64,000 nt of DNA from Chloropicon primus (GCA_023205875.1 CP060762.1:248001-312000); one strand, 5' to 3'; shown: positions 19,936 to 30,445, counted from the first letter of the stretch. Numbers and translations are program-made. Notes: generated by a model not told the origin, from the letters alone.

Positions 19936-21561
19936 TTATTGGTACACTATCGTACGGTCGACCCTTGCCAAATTACACGCAGCATCTACTGCGTACTCGA
20001 TTGCCCCAAGCTTGGATAACACCAGATCAAGCAAGCCACGCTGCTTTGAAGTCAAACCCCTCGAGGTCTTCCAGAGTCTTGCGAAGGATTCCTGGTGGTG
20101 GTGGTCCTCCCCCGCGTTCTCTTGCTCCGCGCATCCGCCGACTCGCCTGCTTCCCATAACCTTGCGTGCAACGGACGCCAAGGTGCTCGCAAAGGACTCC
20201 AGAACCTTTGCAGTAAGTCGTTCTTCTCTGGAAAGGGCTCCAGCGGCAGGAATTTGGCTTTTGATCAGCATGGACAAGATGAGTTCTATGCACCCGCCGC
20301 CCGGCACAACGTACGGAGAATGAAGTGCAGAGGCAAGCAACTCAAAGACGGCCCTGCAAGACGATGCCAATTCTTCCATGACAAGTTCATTTGGGGCAGT
20401 CAAGACTACTGTCTGCATGCTTCGGTCGACTGCAGGCTCGAAATTCAAAACAGCTTTCCTCTTCATCCTCCTCAGGTGAATCCCCTTCACCGTGCCGATG
20501 TGAGACTTCAGAGCCCCCAGAGTGGTTCGGGAGAGCGCACTGACGGGCTGGACACCGCAGCAGGCTGCCACTGCATCGATGTGAATCCTAGAGACCCTCT
20601 CGATCGGAATAATGCTCCTCCTCACGAGCTCCTGCTTGATGTATGGGTGGATTGTTTTCTGGCAAGCCACCACCGAGACCCCCTCCGCCGCGAGCAAGCT
20701 CACGACATCGGAAAGCAGGCCCAGCTCAAAGTTCATGGTCGCCTCCCCCGAAGTCAGCGCTCCGTCCACTGTTTCAACGCTCACCCCCGAGTATTGAGAC
20801 AAGTTCTCGCTGACCGCGTTTCTCTCCATATCGACGTCGAGGGAGGTGTTGAAAACGGCAACGGAAGGGCTCTCTATTGGCAAGAGCCTCTCCGTCTCGC
20901 AAGATATGGGAATGTCCACGATAACGCTGGACGTTCTGTACGTCTCCTTTGTGCTGGGCCCGGTCACGGTCACCAGACCTACGTGTGGCTTCTCGAACGT
21001 ATTCGCTGGTATCGAGAGCACAAAGGCTTCTGCCAGGGTCCTGCAAACGTGGTCGACCTCCACCTCGGTCGTGCCAAGCTTCGCCTTTGGCGAGACAACT
21101 GCTCGAGTCAACGCGACGAGTGACTCCATGTCGCTCCAATTCAGCTCTTGTATCGGCCGAACGACACCGACACCGTCCAGCTCGAGGGTCAAGTCCATCT
21201 TCAGCTTGGTTCTCAAATAATCTAAAACACTCTCGAGGCTTTGCGTCATGTGGAAGGAGTCGAAGGGTGACCGCGAGTTCGACCGGATTGCACGGACCAG
21301 ACTCGCCGCAACGACCGCCGCGAGGAGTCCGCCATCGCCAAAGGACTCCACTTGGGCCTGGACGGTCAGCCTCACCAGGGCTCTCGCATACCAAGACTTC
21401 CACCGCAGGGATTCGAACAAGCGTCTGCTTCCGCTGGACAACAGCACTGTGCTCTTGGAGTTGGCTTGGACGCCTTGGACCGAGCCGAGCGGACCAAGAC
21501 TCGACAACGCCACGCGGGAGATGACACCGAGCTCCTCGTCCCACGTCTCCTCCTCCTCCAT
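19936..21561 (-). CDS. MKKS: MKKS/BBS6-like group II chaperonin-like protein
   Basis: SSLGPLG, FGDGGL in place of GDGTT, VACQKTIHPYIKQEL..IIPIERV, VVPGGGCIE; resembles MKKS rather than canonical CCT subunits. Confidence 0.8.
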   Translation of the reverse strand: MEEEETWDEELGVISRVALSSLGPLGSVQGVQANSKSTVLLSSGSRRLFESLRWKSWYARALVRLTVQAQVESFGDGGLLAAVVAASLVRAIRSNSRSPFDSFHMTQSLESVLDYLRTKLKMDLTLELDGVGVVRPIQELNWSDMESLVALTRAVVSPKAKLGTTEVEVDHVCRTLAEAFVLSIPANTFEKPHVGLVTVTGPSTKETYRTSSVIVDIPISCETERLLPIESPSVAVFNTSLDVDMERNAVSENLSQYSGVSVETVDGALTSGEATMNFELGLLSDVVSLLAAEGVSVVACQKTIHPYIKQELVRRSIIPIERVSRIHIDAVAACCGVQPVSALSRTTLGALKSHIGTVKGIHLRRMKRKAVLNFEPAVDRSMQTVVLTAPNELVMEELASSCRAVFELLASALHSPYVVPGGGCIELILSMLIKSQIPAAGALSREERLTAKVLESFASTLASVARKVMGSRRVGGCAEQENAGEDHHHQESFARLWKTSRGLTSKQRGLLDLVLSKLGAIEYAVDAACNLARVDRTIVYQ

Positions 21562-21642
21562 GGACGCCAGCTGTCGATGAAAACTGGATCAGATGATCAG
21601 ATGTCAATCCATCCATCCCTTGGGAAGGGTCAGCGTCAGCAA

Positions 21643-23502
21643 TCAACGAAGCAACGAAGGATTCCTCGTGCTGAGCAAGTAGGTTTGCATCTTCCCTTTG
21701 CCTTTCACTTCCATCTTGGCGAGCCTCTCCCAGGGCTCGCCAGGGACGAGATCGACGACGTCTTGCGTGGTGTGTATGCAATCCGGGAGACCTTTTTGCT
21801 CCATCCTGGCCGCAGTGTTCATCGCATCGCCGAACAAGCAAAACCTCAAGTTTTTTGTTCCGACAATGCCACTCATGCAGGGGCCTGTGTGGATCCCGAC
21901 TCGCAATGCAGGTCGGGCGCCAGCACCCGATGGACAATCCACGTCCTTTGCGCTCCGCATGGTTGCCTTTGCGAAGGCAATCATTTGCGTTGTGTTGAAC
22001 TGGGACGCGCTTGTCAGGGCCTGGTCGTGCTCCACGTTGGAGGCAGACGTCATGATGGAACCGGTCACGACGCCAACAGCTGCGACATAACAGTCCCCCA
22101 CGGTCTCGACCTTGTACACATTGAAGTCATCGCACACGTTGTCGAACGTGTAGAACAGTTCATTCAAGAACGACATCACCAAAAGAGGTTCTACTGTCGA
22201 GGACATGGTGGTGAAGCCTACGACGTCCGCAAACATGATGGACACGCCATAGTGCTTGCTGCTCAAGTCTCGAAGATCACTGAGGTTGTCTACTCTCATC
22301 AAGCCCTTCAGGATGCAAGGTGGCAGCAGATTCTCCAAAAGCTTCTTCTGCAACGTCTTTATTCGTTCCTTCTCGCGAATAATCCTGCGATCCTGGTAAG
22401 ATATCATAACCTTGGCAAGAAACCTTCTCCGGCACATTTGCTCGTCGATCCAGGAGCCAAAGAGCAAGATGAAACAGAAGAGAAAGTTCATGGGCGCCAT
22501 GTTCAAGTAAAGCACCGTCTGCATAAACGCTCTCACGGACTGCCACCCATCTTCCCCTGCTCCCCTTGCGAAGGACGTGACAATCGGAATCGAGAGCGCA
22601 AAGTAGAGGACGCCTCCCCCGACAAATAGGGCACAGTTCTGGAGGAAGAGAGTTCCGGTGAACCAGAGGCAGATCGTGAAGAGAGCCACGTACGCCAGGA
22701 AGAGCAAGATTGGCCACAGGTACCAGTCCTTTTTCCCAACGAGGATTGTGATCGTGATGAAGGCAAGTTCGGCGGCGTACACAGAGAACACGATCCACGT
22801 TGCAGCGAACTTCTTTTCTCTCGGCAGGCGCCTGTGCGCAATCCAGTGAAGAATGATGCCCCCGACGTTGAATACGAACAGCACTGCCGTCATAATGACA
22901 AAGAAAGACATGTACTGGAAGGCAAAGTCCTCCACCTGTTCCTCCTCCAGCAGAAACATGTTTTGGCAGAAGGCCTCTCCGGTCCCTCCTGGCGCGACTG
23001 CTACCTGCTTGGTGCAGAAGGCGCTCCGATAAAACTCCATCAGCCCGCTTTGCAACACGAAGAAGAGGATCACCCCCAGCTGCAACAAGTATCCTTTGTA
23101 CACGGCGTCTTTGCAGAGCTCCGCAAGGTTGTTCCTGAAGGCCTCCTCCACCCCATCGCCCTTGAACTTGAGACCGCACCATTTCGTGTGCTGCTTGTAC
23201 ACCTCGTCGTCTATAATGTCCACCCCTCGGCCACCCGCTCCGAGGTAGAGGCCCTTGTAAAAGTCCTTGGCAACGCGTGTCATCGAGTCACTGTCCTTGG
23301 CCTCCTCCTCCTCTCCAGCAGCAGCCGCGGCGCTCGTCGTGAGGAGCATCCGGAGCGAGGCCCTTGGCAGACCCTTCCCATCCTCGGACTCCGACGAGGA
23401 CTCCTCGCCCCAGGACTCGTTCACGATTCGGGTGAACCGTGCCGTCGTGAGCTCGGACCCACCACTCGGCGAGTCCTCCTCCTCCTTGCTTCTGCTTCCC
23501 AT
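21643..23502 (-). CDS. Multi-pass membrane class III nucleotidyl cyclase, probably guanylyl cyclase
   Basis: Several TM segments; LLENLLP signalling helix; MFADVVGFT; YKVETVGDCY; RFCLFGDAMNTAARME; VKGKGKMQTY. E and C specificity residues are GC-type. Confidence 0.9.
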   Translation of the reverse strand: MGSRSKEEEDSPSGGSELTTARFTRIVNESWGEESSSESEDGKGLPRASLRMLLTTSAAAAAGEEEEAKDSDSMTRVAKDFYKGLYLGAGGRGVDIIDDEVYKQHTKWCGLKFKGDGVEEAFRNNLAELCKDAVYKGYLLQLGVILFFVLQSGLMEFYRSAFCTKQVAVAPGGTGEAFCQNMFLLEEEQVEDFAFQYMSFFVIMTAVLFVFNVGGIILHWIAHRRLPREKKFAATWIVFSVYAAELAFITITILVGKKDWYLWPILLFLAYVALFTICLWFTGTLFLQNCALFVGGGVLYFALSIPIVTSFARGAGEDGWQSVRAFMQTVLYLNMAPMNFLFCFILLFGSWIDEQMCRRRFLAKVMISYQDRRIIREKERIKTLQKKLLENLLPPCILKGLMRVDNLSDLRDLSSKHYGVSIMFADVVGFTTMSSTVEPLLVMSFLNELFYTFDNVCDDFNVYKVETVGDCYVAAVGVVTGSIMTSASNVEHDQALTSASQFNTTQMIAFAKATMRSAKDVDCPSGAGARPALRVGIHTGPCMSGIVGTKNLRFCLFGDAMNTAARMEQKGLPDCIHTTQDVVDLVPGEPWERLAKMEVKGKGKMQTYLLSTRNPSLLR

Positions 23503-23774
23503 CGACGACGACGACGACAACGACGACGACGGAGGTGGCGAGTGAGACCAATTGCCAAGCGACGGCGTCAATGCAAAGGTAGGCTTCTGCGTGCGACGGG
23601 CTCTCCCTTCGCTCCGTCTCCGTCCACCCTTCGGGCTTCCAGGGCTTCCAAGCTCGAGCTCGAGCGTTAAGAAAATCGGAGTCTCCTGTAACGGCCGATC
23701 GATTGAGAAGAGTGCGGAGCTGAAGGGCGATGGTTGGAACGAGGGCGAAGGGAGCGACGAGGAGGTGGGAGGCG

Positions 23775-24298
23775 ATGGGGGAGGACGCGGAGGATCGTGG
23801 TGCCGGATTGAGGCCTCGCCTTGCCACGGCCAAGGAGGAGGAGCTGGACGACTTGGAGAAAGCGATAGAGAGGGTGGAGACGGATACGCGAACGAGGAGC
23901 CAATTGGCGGAGCTCGAGCTGAGGATGGCCAGGTACAAGTGCGTGGTTCATTCCGCGGACGCCATCGTGGAGGCGATCGACACAGTTTTCACGGAGTGAG
24001 TCCTCTCTTTTTTCTTTCTTGCACGTCGCTCGCATCCCCTGACACGACGTACGACGACGGACGCGGACGGTCTTCGTCTTCTCTCTCTCTCTCTCTTCTT
24101 CGTCTTCGTCTTCATCTTCTTCGACCGACCGAAAGGAGCGAGGACGACGCGGGGGGCAAAGGGCGGGCCGGTGAGGATTCCTCCTGCGGCACCTTCTCCG
24201 CATCGAGCTGGTCCTCCGCCTCCGACGAGGAAGGGACCGTCGCGGACGGCGACACCGCGAGCAGCTCGGTGTCCTTCCTTTCCGAAGGGGATTGCTGA
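23775..24298 (+). CDS. Small hypothetical protein (coiled coil + acidic/Ser tail); intron 23996-24135
   Basis: GTGAGT donor and AAG acceptor after a pyrimidine tract join two ORFs in frame; no family recognised. Confidence 0.5.
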
Positions 24299-24903
24299 GA
24301 TGACGGAGGGCGCGCAGTCAGTCAGTCAGTCAGGCAGGCAGAGAGAGAGGCAACCACGCCATCCAAGTAATCAAGCAAGACTTTTGTCCATGTGCCAGAG
24401 GCACTTATAGACTCCATATGTATATATATCCCAGAAAAGATTATGGGTAGCTAGCTCGGTCTCCATCATCACACGAAAAGAGCAGAAAGAGGAGAAAGAC
24501 TCGCTCTCCGTCGTCCCACGAGAGACACCTCGTGCCCAGCCTTCTCAGCCCTCGTCGTTTTCCTCCCTCCATGGTGATGATGATGATTCTGCTGATCCTT
24601 CAGTGCTCTCTTTGAGGCCTCGGAAGCTCAGGAAGGCAAGAAGCGTGGGCCTAAAAGTAATGCCAGTGGAACAAAACAAAACTGCAAGTGTCATGGGAAA
24701 AGGGAATCCAACCAAGCCTCTCCCTTCCTCCTCCCCTCCTCCCCTCCCTCCCTCCCTTTTTTGGCTGGGGCGGGATCTCCGAATCAATGGCCGAGAGAGC
24801 ATCTGGCTGCTACAATAATCGTAACGCCCAAGAGGCCTCTCGTAACGCCTGAGACCTCGGCTCCTCGTTTGTTGTTCTTGTTGTTGGGGGTCGGTCGGTC
24901 GTC

Positions 24904-25797
24904 ATGGTGCTGGACTCCGTGGGCGCGAACGCTTGGGCTGCGTCTCACGAGCCCTTTCGAAGGACGTTCCCCCGCGCGATGCGTCGGTTGGCCAGCTCGA
25001 GCATGCTGAAGCGGGCCACGAGCGAGGGGAAGGAGGGGAGGATGCCCCTCCGGTCGAGGCCAGACTTCACGGGGGTGTGGAAGCAGGTCCACCACGAGAA
25101 CGCGGACGCGTACTTCCAGGCGATGGGGTACCCTTTCGCGACGCGGCGGATCATGCTGCTCGCCATCGGGCAGTCGACCGAGGTGTTGTACCACGAGGGG
25201 GAGAGCATCCACACGAACTCGATCAACAAGCGAGGGGAGTGGCAGCGGACGTACTTGGAGAACGAGGAGAACGTCCCGATGAAGCTGGCGGACGGCCAGT
25301 CTGTGAAGACCAGGTCCTGGTGGGAAAAGGACGAGGGACTCGGCGTGGACGTCCACAAGACCAGGCTCGTGGGGGCCAAGCAAGGCGTCCTCGAGACGTG
25401 GAGGTGGGTCCACGACGGCGACGGCGACGGGGAGGGGGACGACGGGAAGGAGAACGTCGATCCGAGGGGCGGGAAGCCTCCGCCGAGGAAGCCCGGGAAG
25501 ATGGTCGTCAAGTCGATCGTGTACCCGGAGGGAAGGGACGAGGAGAGCATGCTTTGGCACTTTGAGCCGGTGGACGATCAGGGGGGAGCGGCGCCTCACT
25601 TGCTGAAGAGGTTCGAGGAGAGCTACGTGAGGGGATTCCAGCAGGAGGGCGGGGCCGGGGCGTCGTCGCAGGATCCTCGGAAGGATCCGATGCGGGGGGG
25701 GCACAGCAACGAGCGCACGTCGTGGCTCGAGAGGTTCTCGAGAAGCTTGGAGAAATCCTTTGTTGTCACCGCCCCCTCGTTAACGTTCTGGAATTGA
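24904..25797 (+). CDS. Protein with a calycin/FABP-like (iLBP) beta-barrel domain
   Basis: DFTGVWKQVHHENADAYFQAMGYPFATRR ... ADGQSVKTRSWWE matches the FABP pattern F.G.W.....ENF..Y..A.G....R / DGR..K....W(E). Confidence 0.65.
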   Translation: MVLDSVGANAWAASHEPFRRTFPRAMRRLASSSMLKRATSEGKEGRMPLRSRPDFTGVWKQVHHENADAYFQAMGYPFATRRIMLLAIGQSTEVLYHEGESIHTNSINKRGEWQRTYLENEENVPMKLADGQSVKTRSWWEKDEGLGVDVHKTRLVGAKQGVLETWRWVHDGDGDGEGDDGKENVDPRGGKPPPRKPGKMVVKSIVYPEGRDEESMLWHFEPVDDQGGAAPHLLKRFEESYVRGFQQEGGAGASSQDPRKDPMRGGHSNERTSWLERFSRSLEKSFVVTAPSLTFWN

Positions 25798-25951
25798 CGG
25801 GAGGCCGTCGTTGCCCGGCTGCCACAGCAGGTAACAGACATAAGAAACGTGAAAAAAAAACTAAAATCCTGTAAACCTAAAAATTAGAAACAGCACTTCG
25901 AGGCGCGTGAGTTGTCGTCTCGTCTCTATGATCTCTATGAAACCTAAAATA

Positions 25952-27760
25952 TCACGTGGATCTCCTGACCAGCGTGAGGACGCTCGTGTTCCCTTGGAGG
26001 ACGGTGTTGATCTGGGGGGTGCCGCTCACCCTCGGCAAGTCTCCTTCCTGCGCCACGCTCGCCCAAGCTGCCAGGTGGTTGTACTCGCGGTAGGGCATAG
26101 GTCCCACCTCGCCGTTCGCGAAGAAGCCGATGATGGGCGTCTTGGGCAGAGCCTTCACGAGCGCGCTGCTCTCCACGTTCTGCTTGCCGTTGTGCAGGTA
26201 GGTCCCCCTCGCGTTGCAGATCACGAGAAACCCCCCGAAGCAGTCCTTCTCCCCGCCCCCCACGGTCTCAATGATCTCATCCAACTCCTTGAGGCTCTCC
26301 TCGGAAGAGTACGTGTAGAAGGAGCAGATGTCCCCGGGCTTCAAGTTCAGCGGCACCACGATGGCTTCCAGCCTGGACGCCCCGGGCGTGGTGGCATCCC
26401 ACACGCCCCTGATGATGTCCACGCTCTCGACCTGAGTCATGGTCTGGCCCCCCTCGGCTTCCCGGCTGCTAACCCCGCGCTCCATCAGGCAAGGGTCCTG
26501 CGAATCGATGGAGACGGTGGAGAGGCGCTTGACCCCAAAGGTCACCCCGTGGAGACTGCCGTGGACCTCCTCGAGCTCCTTGAGGACCTCGTGCATGGGG
26601 ATCGGGCGGCCGTAAGTTCCCTTGCTCTCGCTCAGCTTCCTCAGGGAGTGAAGCTTGGCCCCGTCCTCGTCCATCTCGACTCGCTCCACCTTGTAGTCGC
26701 ACATCAGTTGCTGGATCCCCCTGTAGGACGCCCTCATGGTCCGCATGTTGCAGATGAAGAGGGCGACCGAGCTGATTCGGGGCCTCTTCCACTGCTTCCC
26801 CTCAGAGGCGCGGCTCGACCTCGTGCGCGGACCTTCGTCCCTCCCCCTCTTGGACCCCTCCCTCATCCCCTCCTCGTGCTTCCTGGATTCCGGCGAGGAG
26901 TAGTACACGGCCTGCTTCCTCGTGTCGTAGCCGCAAAGACCCCCCATCAAGTGAATGTTCTGAAACTTCTTCTCGATTTTCGTCTTCATGTCCGACACGT
27001 CGTAGACGTTGTCCCCGACGAGGAAGCACATGATGCTCCTCTCCCTCTTGCAGGTGCACGTCCACGTCCTCGTGCCCACACTGCCGCAGCAGTCCAGCGA
27101 GGTGTTACGCCTCATGAACTGTGCCATCTCCTCCAAAGTGGAGTCTTGCACTTGCGACTCGTCCGACCCGATGAACTTCTTCTTCCTCCGCCTCGCGGAA
27201 GAGTTATTTTCCGCCATGCTGAACACCTTCTGGTCGGGTCCCAGGTGTAGCAGGGCGATGGCGATGGCGTCCGCCTCCGTGGCCCCGTCCTCGATCTCGT
27301 GAACCTCGCCCTTCTCGTCCGTCCCGATGATGCCGACCGCCACGCAGCACACCACGTGGACGCTCTTCCCGTTCGGCAGAATCTCCAGCAACGCGTCCGA
27401 AATCAGCTGAAGCTTCGGCTCCCAGCTTGGCGTTACGGTCACCACCACAAGGTCCGGCCTCGTCGACTTGTCCAGGTACCCAGACCCCTTGAGGAGCTCC
27501 TTCACGAACTCCGCCTCCGCACCGGGAAGGGACTTGGGCCCCCCCCTCAGCAGCGCGCTATCCGCGGGGCTTCCCCTGAACATGGCATTGCTCCACTCCA
27601 ACCCGCAGCTCGAGCTCCTCGTGTGCCTCGACACAGCAACCGCCCAAGCCTTGCACGCCAAAGCTGCCTTGGGCAAAGATATCCAGTCGAGTCCTGCCAA
27701 TATCTTCTGCTGGACGTCCAGGGGAAGGTCCGTCACGTTCAATTCTCTGTCCACTTCCAT
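25952..27760 (-). CDS. F-box protein with FIST domain (FBXO22-like)
   Basis: N-terminal LPLDVQQKILAGL...AALACKAW F-box; C-terminal CNARG...E...GFFANGEVGP...LQGNTSV FIST_C. Confidence 0.85.
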   Translation of the reverse strand: MEVDRELNVTDLPLDVQQKILAGLDWISLPKAALACKAWAVAVSRHTRSSSCGLEWSNAMFRGSPADSALLRGGPKSLPGAEAEFVKELLKGSGYLDKSTRPDLVVVTVTPSWEPKLQLISDALLEILPNGKSVHVVCCVAVGIIGTDEKGEVHEIEDGATEADAIAIALLHLGPDQKVFSMAENNSSARRRKKKFIGSDESQVQDSTLEEMAQFMRRNTSLDCCGSVGTRTWTCTCKRERSIMCFLVGDNVYDVSDMKTKIEKKFQNIHLMGGLCGYDTRKQAVYYSSPESRKHEEGMREGSKRGRDEGPRTRSSRASEGKQWKRPRISSVALFICNMRTMRASYRGIQQLMCDYKVERVEMDEDGAKLHSLRKLSESKGTYGRPIPMHEVLKELEEVHGSLHGVTFGVKRLSTVSIDSQDPCLMERGVSSREAEGGQTMTQVESVDIIRGVWDATTPGASRLEAIVVPLNLKPGDICSFYTYSSEESLKELDEIIETVGGGEKDCFGGFLVICNARGTYLHNGKQNVESSALVKALPKTPIIGFFANGEVGPMPYREYNHLAAWASVAQEGDLPRVSGTPQINTVLQGNTSVLTLVRRST

Positions 27761-28364
27761 TCGAGTCCTCTGCAACTCCACGACGCTTCAGCCTCAACCC
27801 CTCGCCTCCATTCGGTCCCCTCTGCTCCTCCTTCCCCTCGGCCTCCTCGCGAAACAACCACAAGAAGAATCCCGTCGAGCAACTTCGAAAACGCGTCGAA
27901 CGGGGTCAAGTGGGGTACCACTGCGAAGCCCGCGAGATGTCGCGCACACTGGTCTCGGTATCCGACGCCCTCGGTCGCCTCCCTGCGCGGTCTTCGCGCC
28001 CCAACTTCTTCTGGCCCCCGAACCCGCACGTGACTTTTTTTGGGGACGATTGATTGTTTGTGGAGACCAAACTAAGAGTAACGGATTGGAGATGGGCTTA
28101 TGGCTTTGGGTTTGGGCTCTTCTTCTCTTTGGCTCCTTGGGGGTTGAAGCAAGTCAACCCAGTCAGTGGAAAGGGCCAACTGCACCTCCTGGCCGGTTTG
28201 CTCTCACTCAAGAGTCTTGCTTTTCATCGAGAGTTTGTTTTTACGACGACGACCGAGGCCGATGTGTTCTGCTTGGCTTTGGCAAGGTTGAGAGAGTTAC
28301 AATTACAGGAATTACACAAAAAAAAACGCATTCTTTCTTCTCTTTTTTTTTTTGGGGGGGGTTC

Positions 28365-29615
28365 TCAGGTGCGGGAGCGCTTGCTCCCGGGGGACTTGCT
28401 CGACGTGTAGAAGATGCTCTGCGCCTCCTCGAGAATCTCGGTGAGCTGGTCCCGGAGGGTGTTCAGGTTGACCTCCTCCAGGGGCTCCTCCAGGTCCACC
28501 TCAAAGGTGTCCTTGACGAAGCCGTTTCGGTTGGGGTTGGAGACGTTGCCGACCTTGATGTTCATGCCCAGGGATCGCATGGCGACGCACTGGTCCGCGA
28601 GGAAGCCCCTCCTGTCGAAGTAGGCTATCGTCACGACGAGGCTGGATGCCGCCCCGGGCTTGTCGTTGAGGGACACTTCGACGTCGACCCTCCTCATGTT
28701 CTCCTCCCCGAACGTCTCTCCGGCCTCGACGCAGGCGCCGGTGTCCTCCGGGGGCGTCACCACCTCCCCCGCCTTCGACACGACGTCCACCTGCTGCTCC
28801 AGCACCTTGACGTACTTCATCAGCTCCTCTATGCTGGAGATCGAGTCCATCAGCACGGCCCTCTTGGTCCTCTTGTCCCTCTTGGGCTCCCTGCCGCTGT
28901 GGATGGTCTCCAGGGCGTTCCTCAACGAAGTCGTCTTCATGAACCCGGCGGAGGGGCGCTTCCACCCCCCCTCCTGCACCACCTCCCTCAGGTCCTCGAT
29001 CAGGGCGTTGATGCCGTCCCTCCTGGCCTTCTCCACCACGGGGTGGGGCTTCCTCGGCTTGTGCTGGTACCCCGTCCTGGTCTGGGTCGCCTTCAGCTTC
29101 GGCCTTTCCTTCTTGCCCTCCGGGGAGATGCCCCCCACGCTCTTGCCCGCCAGAGCGATCCGGTCGAACGTCATGGGGTCGTGCTGCTGCGGGTCGATCG
29201 AGGCCTGGGGGTTCATCATGGGCGCCGCCGGGGACCCGTACCCGTAGTCATCGTACCCTGGCGTGAAGTACTGGGGGAAGGCTCCGCCCACGGGGGGGCA
29301 CCTCCCGAGCTCCTGGAAGCGCTTCGAGCTCCTGCCGAGCTCTCGGATCGCAGAGCTCGTCTGAAACAGGTTCGCCTGGGGCTGGATCGTCCCCACGGGC
29401 TGCGTGTTGTCCTTCTCCTGCATCTGGTCCCCCAGCGGGGGAAGCGAGGGGTCCGTGAACGAATTCAGGATGTCCAGAAGGTCCCGACCCGAAAGCTTGA
29501 GAGAGCCGCTGTCCATCTGGATGCCCATCGTCGCAGGACCCCGCATCCCTCCCGGGGGCTCGTTCGCATTGTTGTTGTGCATCATCTCGAACGCAGCTTC
29601 TGCAGCACTGCTCAT
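28365..29615 (-). CDS. bHLH transcription factor with C-terminal ACT-like domain
   Basis: HPVVEKARRDGINALIEDLREVV (basic/helix 1), TKRAVLMDSISSIEEL (helix 2), DRRGFLADQCVAMRSLGMNI...KDTFEV (ACT-like). Confidence 0.85.
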   Translation of the reverse strand: MSSAAEAAFEMMHNNNANEPPGGMRGPATMGIQMDSGSLKLSGRDLLDILNSFTDPSLPPLGDQMQEKDNTQPVGTIQPQANLFQTSSAIRELGRSSKRFQELGRCPPVGGAFPQYFTPGYDDYGYGSPAAPMMNPQASIDPQQHDPMTFDRIALAGKSVGGISPEGKKERPKLKATQTRTGYQHKPRKPHPVVEKARRDGINALIEDLREVVQEGGWKRPSAGFMKTTSLRNALETIHSGREPKRDKRTKRAVLMDSISSIEELMKYVKVLEQQVDVVSKAGEVVTPPEDTGACVEAGETFGEENMRRVDVEVSLNDKPGAASSLVVTIAYFDRRGFLADQCVAMRSLGMNIKVGNVSNPNRNGFVKDTFEVDLEEPLEEVNLNTLRDQLTEILEEAQSIFYTSSKSPGSKRSRT

Positions 29616-29970
29616 CCTCTCAGCAGCCGCCACTCGTCGTCGCCGCGTCTCGTGCTTTGCGAACTGGGTTCACAAGGAGGGCTAACCTTATCCCAGTCTC
29701 TCTCACGTTCTCTTGCTGAAACGTAACACAAGAGAAATAGCAATCGCCACGCCGTCCTTCAGCAGGAGTGCGGTACGTCAAGCGTCAAGCGTCAAGTGGT
29801 CTCCGCTCCTCGGCACGTACTCGCGTTAACTGGACTGGACTGGACTCTTCCCTTCCGTCGGTCTCTCCTTAACTCATCGAGGCGTGACTCCGCATACAAG
29901 GTCCTTTCGGAGACGGATTGTCTCCGTGCCCGTTACACCCATGCAATCTTACGTTACACCCGTAGCGTAG

Positions 29971-30254
29971 CTCAATCCTGCGTCACTGGTGATGCATTGG
30001 ACAAGAGAGAGGGGTCCGGTGGGGAGGAGCAAGCGGCGTGGTCTGGTCCAGGGTCCCTCCACTCGCTCCCCTCCTCCCCCTGATCCTCCTCGCACCAAAG
30101 GTCAAGCCGAAACTCCAGCACTTTCTGCATCCTCTGTCGACGGATCACCTCCACCTCAATCCTTCGTCACTGGTGATGCATTGGACAAGAGAGAGGGGTC
30201 CGGTGGGGAGGAGCAAGCGGCGTGGTCTGGTCCAGGGTCCCTCCACTCACTCCC
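29971..30254. repeat. Intergenic direct repeat, ~100 bp x2, period 184 bp
   Basis: ctcaatcct.cgtcactggtgatgcattggacaag...gtccctccactc.ctccc at 29971 and 30155. Confidence 0.92.
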
Positions 30255-30445
30255 ATTGTCCTCCACCTCCATCTTGGCTTGGGTTTCATGCAGTAGCACA
30301 AGAGACAGAGACAGAGACAGAGAGAAAGAGGAAATGATCTTGCAGGAGCATTGTCCGCATTGACGGCTGACGGCATCTGGGAGTGAGGTGGAGGCGGTTC
30401 GTTTTGGTTTGATTGAGACACGACGAGACGAGACCCTTGGCAGGG

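Noticed and set aside
13495..23502. GAF protein, receptor kinase, MKKS and cyclase as a functional signalling gene cluster
   Set aside because: Mixed orientations, and neighbourhood in a compact eukaryotic genome is weak evidence without synteny or co-expression; reported individually instead.
27468..29726. 752-aa plus-strand ORF
   Set aside because: Antisense to the F-box and bHLH genes and runs through a poly-T/poly-G intergenic tract.
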